Source of the DNA: Flectonema sp. DT1601
Lineage: Eukaryota
Assembly (NCBI GenBank): GCA_964019425.1
Contig: OZ025799.1
Coordinates: 434,001 to 498,000 of the forward strand
Length of the DNA stretch: 64,000 bases
Direction: 5' to 3'
In this document: in pieces, positions 58,468 through 64,000 of the stretch
Numbering within the stretch: the stretch's first letter is position 1
How the letters are laid out: each line of letters starts with the position of its first letter
Notes under the pieces: model-generated
Databases searched by the model: none
Told to the model about the DNA's origin: nothing
What the model saw: the letters and a program-made list of their open reading frames with translations, nothing else
Made by a program: the position numbers and the translations under genes

Positions 58468-59546
58468 AACCAGGATCCATCCTCACTTCCTCCTGCGCCC
58501 CCTGTTTTAATTATTGAAAAAGATAGAAAAGAATATGAACTTCTGGAAGGAGTAATTCAACGGTTAACAGCAGAACGAAGACTTCTCTTTCTGCACTAGT
58601 TCGACAATATGACTTAGTGGAAGATTACAGGAAACGTGAGCTCGCAAATCTGACTCAGAGAGCAGACCTATCGGAAATGGCGCTCTTTAATTACCATCAA
58701 AGGTTTGTTCTTCTGTCGAACGAATTGGAGACCAAATGTAATGAGGAAAGAGAAAGTAAAATAAGACTTTTCTATACTCAACAGGAGGTCGAGAGTTTGC
58801 TTGCCGCGCGTCCCCGCATGACCCACTTTAGTCAACAAGTTTCCCCCCGAACCCCCGTTTTGTATGAATCTGTTGCTATGATGAAGATAGCAAAGAACTA
58901 CCTCTCGCTCTTTACAACTACGAGTAGTCTTTTTACTCCTCTTATTAAACCCCTTATCCCTACCCTTAATTATACCACCCCTCTTTGTCCTCTAGCCTCA
59001 ATTCCTCCGACAATGCCGCAGAGTGAAGCTCTCGACCGCACGCCGACCAAGATTTTACGACAAGAGAGTCACGTTATCTCCGTTAAAGAGAATACACCTA
59101 TTGCGAGACAATGGTCCGAGGGTAGGATTGACTTACTCGAGAATTACTGTCGAGCAGTAGATGACTCTCTCGAAACAAACGAGAAAGCGGCAGAGCTCTC
59201 AGAACAACTTCTGGATGCCCAACTTCGCCTCTCGGAGCTGAATCACCAACGGTGTACAACTCACGCAGAGCAGCTTGAGCAATCCATGATGTTAACGGGA
59301 CTGGCGAGCGATTTAAATGCTCAACTCGCCTTGGCACGGTCTCAAATTGCGGCCCTGAAGTTCCAATTAGCTTCATGGGCAGAAGGTTTGAGTCCGCCAG
59401 ACACAGAAGAACATGAGGAAAATGAAACTCCGCCGAGAAAGTCTGAGCGTTCAACTCTGAAAAAACGAACCCCTCCATCAAGATATCGTTACAATCGAAG
59501 GAGATGTTCTGCTGATGACGTTCACGGTGACTCCACCCCCTTGTAA
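58468..59546 (+). pseudogene. Coiled-coil ORF, copy 2 (truncated at both ends)
   Basis: Inverted near-identical copy of about 50111-51179, containing the 309-codon open frame 58617-59546. Confidence 0.65.
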
Positions 59547-59866
59547 TTCTCTTTTTTCCTTACTTTCACATCACTTTGTTTATTTAGTTTTTTAGCTTAT
59601 TTATTATTTATTGTTCGTTTTTGTTTGTATTATTTTATCGATATGTTTATGTCCGTCAGATCATAACGTTAATCAGGTTAATTGTTAATTGTAAATGGTC
59701 TAAACCCCAATCCAAGTTCCCAAGGCTTGGCATAGATTTGAGTGACGCCTTACTGGCCTCCTCATCCTTCATAGTTTACTCAGGGAATGATCACCAAGTC
59801 CACTTTTGTGCCTTTTTCTTACTGTTTTTTACTTTAAAATTTTCTGGTTAAAAATACCAAAAATTG

Positions 59867-60457
59867 TGCCGTGACCGGGAATTGAACCCCCGACCACGGT
59901 TACGTAAGCGATTTAAGGTCGACGACCATAACTTTCAAAATTAATTAAAAAAAAATATAAAAAAAATAAAAAAAAAGAATAAACAATGTTATCATTGTTT
60001 TTTTATCGTTCGACTTTGTCGACTAATTTCTATTTTCCGTTTTTTTTCTTTAAAAAATAAATAAAAAGAATTTAAAAAAAAAGAATAAACAATGTTATCA
60101 TTGTTTTTTTATCGATCGACTATGTCGATTACTTTCTATTTTCCGTCCTGGTCAAGACGCTAAACTGATTGTTTTTTTTTTCAAAATTAATAAAAAAGAA
60201 TATAAAAAAAAAACAAAAAAAAAAAGAATAAACAATGTTATCATTGTTTTTTTTTTATCGTTCGACTTTGTCGACTAATTTTTATTTTCCGTTTTTTTTT
60301 CTTTAAAAAATAAAAATAAGAATGTAAAAAAAAATAAAAAAAATGAATAAACAATGTTATCATTGTTTTTTTATCGATCGACTATGTCGATCACTTTCTA
60401 TTTTCCGTCCTGGTCAAGACGCTAAACTGATTGTTTTTTCTTTAAAATAATTAAAAG

Positions 60458-60492
<35 letters not shown>

Positions 60493-61059
60493 TAAACAAT
60501 GTTATCATTGTTTTTTTTTCTATCGATCGACTATGTCGATTAATTTCTATTTTCCGTCCCGATCGAGACGCTAAACTGATTGTTTCCTTTTTTTAAATAA
60601 TAAATAAAAAAAAAAAAAAAAAAAAAAAAAAGAGCATCTCCCTGCTATCCTCATATCCCCACAATAATATTATACCTTTTCATTTTCTCTTTCCTTTTCT
60701 GGTCTTTTTTTTTTTTTTTTTCTTTTTTTTCCTTTTTCATACAACGTTTTTTATTTATATTTTATTTTTTTTTTTTTTTTATTTTTTTCATGTTTGATTA
60801 TTTCCTCTTCATATTTTTTTTTTCTTTTCTTTCTTTTTTTTTTTTTTTTCTCTGCCTCTCTCTTAATTCTGTTCGTTTCTTTGAAACGAAAATTCATTTG
60901 AATATTATTCCTTGGTCAGCAACAGTCATTGTCGCCCTCTGGGCCTGTTAAAAAAAAAAAAAAAAAATAAAAAGAAAGTTTACATCGGGAATAGGGCAGG
61001 AGCCAAAAGCTCCCAGTCCGTTACTTCCCACTCTATCGAATTCACTCGGCTATGCAGGC
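59867..61059 (-). pseudogene. Degenerate long-variable-arm tRNA-like sequence (83 nt) split into 61059-61043 and 59932-59867 by an insertion
   Basis: Rejoined sequence: GCCTGCA-TAGCCGAGTG|GTTATGGT-CGTCGACCTTAAATCGC-TTACGTAACCGTGG-TCGGGGGTTCAATTCCCGG-TCACGGCA. A-box, variable-arm stem, B-box and a downstream T-run are present; acceptor and T stems are mismatched. Confidence 0.6.
59933..61043. mobile_element. Best-delimited copy (1.1 kb) of the non-coding one-ended hairpin-array element
   Basis: Array units, then a unique AT-rich body, then the fixed end ...GGAGCCAAAAGCTCC...TTCCCACTCTATCGAATTC. The same end occurs at 54950, 56852 and 57593. Confidence 0.8.
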
Positions 61060-61492
61060 TCTGGTACGTCGAAAATTATTTTATACTTATTACTTTTCTG
61101 TCCTCTAACGGAACGGAAAATGAAAAATGTCCTTCCTTATCTAAAATGCACTCTGCACCTATTATGTTGGTTCAGCAGTGGCTTATCGAACTTATTAGCT
61201 CTCGTTGCACTGGTTAGCGCTGTGTTTGAGACGTTATATTATATCAGTACACTTTTAACTAATATGTTACTTCCTTTCCTTAGCAAATTTTGCTCTTTTT
61301 GTTATTTCTCTAAAACAAAAGAATTTCCCACCCTCCCACCCTGGGTTCGCTATTGGTGTACCTGTTGTTTCTGGCTTGTTGCACCTCTTGCCTCGGTGTT
61401 TTTCAAAGTCTTGGGTAACCGACCTCTCGAAGATGCAACATTACCCCGACGTCAGTTGTTTGTGTTTAATCTCTTTAACATTATAATTATAA

Positions 61493-62084
61493 GGGCAAAC
61501 TAGCGTTTACTACACAAATAGTTTCAGAACGGGCGTTTATTACAAAATCCAAAATGGCTGGGGGACCCGAAAACCCATATACGGGATGCATCGAGACCCC
61601 CAGCTGTATTTAAGAGCGGATGTGGTTCAGAGGTGGGAGCACTGACTTTGGATACCGGACGCCCAGGCTCAATCCCGACCAACGTCATTTTTTTTTCACC
61701 GGATTTTTTCACCCCAGAACGGGGTATTAAGCTGGGAAGAGTGCAAGGGGGGGAGCCCCTAATAAAAGCCAACCTCCCCCGTACAAAGTCCAACCTCAAA
61801 AAACAAATTTGCTACTAATGGATATTAAGCTGGGAAGAGTGCAAGGGGGGCTTGCGTTCCGCCAAGTTGTTGGCGGAACGCAAGCCCCCCCCCCAACCCC
61901 CCCCAAGGGGGGGGAGCCACTAATAAAAGCCAACCTCCCCCGTACAAAGTCCAACCTGAAAAAAAAATCCAGGAAAAAAAAAAATGCCCTCACCTAGGAT
62001 CGAACTGGACGGTTTACAGCCATTTTGGATTTTGTAATGAATGGCCGTTCTGAAACTATTTGTGTAGGAAAGACCCCTTTACCC
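61493..62084. mobile_element. Mutator-like (MULE) non-autonomous element, 592 bp, with ~68-bp imperfect TIRs and a 9-bp TSD
   Basis: TAATTATAA (61484-61492) | GGGCAAA...CTACACAAATAGTTTCAGAACGG...CAAAATGGCTG ... CAGCCATTTTG...CCGTTCTGAAACTATTTGTGTAG...TTTACCC | TAATTATAA (62085-62093). Confidence 0.9.
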
Positions 62085-62862
62085 TAATTATAATTTAGTT
62101 TCCATTTATTTATTCAGTCTTAATTACACAGATTGTTTTTTCTTTAAAAATAAATAAAAAGAATAAAAAAAAAATAAAAGGAATAAACAATGTTATCATT
62201 GTTTTTTTTTTATCGATCGACTATGTCGATTACTTACTATTTTCCGTCCTGGTCAAGACGCTAAACTGATTGTTTTTTCTTTAGAATAATTAAAAAGATT
62301 TAAAAAAAAAAAAAAAAAAAAAATGAATAAACAATGTTATCATTGTTTTTTTTTCTATTGATCAACTATGTCGATTAATTTCTATTTTCCGTCCTGATCG
62401 AGACGCTAAACTGATTGTTTCCTTTTTTTAAATAATAAATAAGAAAAAAAAAAAAAAAAAAAAAAAAAGAGCATCTCCCTGCTATCCCTCATATCCCCAC
62501 AATAATATTATACCTTTTCATTTTCTCTTTCCTTTTCTGGTCTTTTTTTTTTCTTTTTTTTCCTTTTTCATACAACGTTTTTTATTTATATATTAGTCAT
62601 TCCAAAAATAACCGGCCGCGAAAACCAGTTTTGCTTAGAGCAGCCGTTGGTCAAAAATGCATCCATTTTCGAGATTTTTTACGAGGTGGAAAGGTTCGGC
62701 CCCAATCTCTCATTTTACGCGATGGGATTATTTTTTTTTCACTTTTTTTACTGACCGTTGGAACCCGACAGGTGCGTTATGGGTACTAAGAGAATGTCAC
62801 TGTCGGCACGGAAAAGTTAATCCTGTTGCTGCATTTAATTTTTTTCTGGAAAAAAAAGGGAA

Positions 62863-63958
62863 ATGCATCAGAGATTGGCATTTTTTCTCGTAACTACACT
62901 TATTATTCCCTTAAGCACCAGCTTAAACTTCTCTTGTCACACGTGCCACGAGATGCCAGCTGAGTATGTCGTCGCGGATTTGCCAGAACCGGTAATGAGG
63001 ACGCTAAATCGGAGTGGGAGAAAAGGCAATCTGCATCGCATGCCTCCGGAAATACAAGCACTTCGGGAATACAAGAACCGACAAGGCGTGCTCCTCAGAC
63101 AACTACAACTGCACCTCGCACACTAACGCGAAAAGATGGAATCCGAAGTTCAACAAGCTTCTTGAGCCACCCTGCCGTGACTTCGCGGTAGTCTTGAAAT
63201 CCCCGGCGTATGCTCCTCTGCGCTCAATCTGCAACGCTTGCTACCAGCGAGCAAAAAGGCTGACTAGTGATCCGCATTACGCATCCGTCAGTGTCCCTGC
63301 AGAGCCGATCAATCCGGAACCGCTCTCCGATATTTTTGAACGCGTGAAAGAATCAGTTCCTGCTGTCCGTTCTCAGTTTTTGAGACTCTGTCTCACGCTA
63401 AGCTACACTGATAGCCAGATTAATGCCCATGTCAGGGATTCTTCAATGCGTAAGCAGCTACAGAGGCTGGAACAGCACGATCCCTCCCAATCAGTAAAGC
63501 AGCGCAGCCAAGACAGAGATATCTGGAACTTCTGGATTTCCAATGCACGCCCTGAGTCAAACCGCGTGGTCCTCAGCAAAGACTACATAACCGGCGAGAC
63601 AAGTAAAGAGACAGTCCTCCATGTAAAAGAACCATACCTTGCCTTGGAGTGCCTTCTGCAGAACTCACACAGCTATCTCATATGCTCAGTTTTGTGACAA
63701 AAGGCCTAAATGTGGGTTGGTGCGAGCCAACTTTCACCTGCTACCAACACTGAGAGTGAGTCTATTTCAGAAACAACTGAACCCACCTCAGATTCTGGTG
63801 AGTCTTCTACTGGCTCTTACTCTGTTAGTGAATCTAGTTCTAGTTCCAGTTTCAGATCGCTGTGTTCAACTAGTTCTATTATCGGTTCATTGCCGGTAGG
63901 AAAACGAAGAAAGCCAGCAGTAAAAGTTGCCAAAAAAGCTAAGCCTAATCAAAAATAA
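62863..63958 (+). pseudogene. Frameshifted transposase-like ORF with CxxC motifs
   Basis: CIAC...ICNACYQR and IWNFWISNARPESNR, plus AFCRTHTAISYAQFCDKRPK in the next frame, the same S...F...RP-type motif as at 52.7 kb. The upstream block begins abruptly at about 62594 inside a copy of the one-ended element. Confidence 0.4.
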
Positions 63959-64000
63959 AAATAGGCTAAGTGTAGTGTAAGATGTACAAGGTACTGTTTT

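Noticed and set aside
59867..61059. Functional ochre-suppressor tRNA (loop CCTTAAA would give anticodon TTA)
   Set aside because: It lacks U33, has mismatched acceptor and T stems and is interrupted by a 1.1-kb insertion. Genes in the window use TAA as a normal stop.
53167..62468. CRISPR-like array of palindromic repeats
   Set aside because: The intervening sequences are recurring A/T homopolymer linkers, not unique spacers. There are no cas genes and the context is eukaryotic.

Overview
AT-rich eukaryotic (protist) genomic DNA, most likely a euglenozoan of the diplonemid type. This is inferred from the single-strand gene cluster, GTATGT-type donors, euglenozoan-style myosin N-terminus, Amt-adenylate cyclase fusion and UBL-LRR gene; it is not proven. 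Bases 1-48.8 kb hold 17 protein genes, all on the minus strand: myosin 5' end, UBL-LRR, FIG4-like SAC phosphatase fused to DEP+DUF547, RAD6/UBC2, ankyrin, Zn-motif protein, SLC17-like MFS, IWS1/Spn1, GNAT, Zn/ankyrin protein, degenerate Amt-cyclase, mucin-like membrane protein, a tandemly duplicated pair of Cys-rich surface-protein genes, and a multi-UBL membrane protein. A possible extra small hydrophobic-peptide gene lies among them. All reconstructable introns are GT-AG but end in an A-rich tract rather than a polypyrimidine tract. Bases 49-64 kb are a nested mobile-DNA cluster: two TA-targeting MITE families, a Mutator-like MITE with a 9-bp TSD, LINE and transposase relics, and a non-coding element with one fixed structured end, a hairpin-unit array and no TSD. 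The most striking finds are (1) an intact hammerhead-ribozyme core at 3734-3801 (-) in a non-circularly permuted topology, with the cleavage strand inside 'loop II', plus a degenerate second copy 491 bp away, and (2) the TSD-less, one-ended hairpin-array element. All calls were made by eye; no database searches were run.
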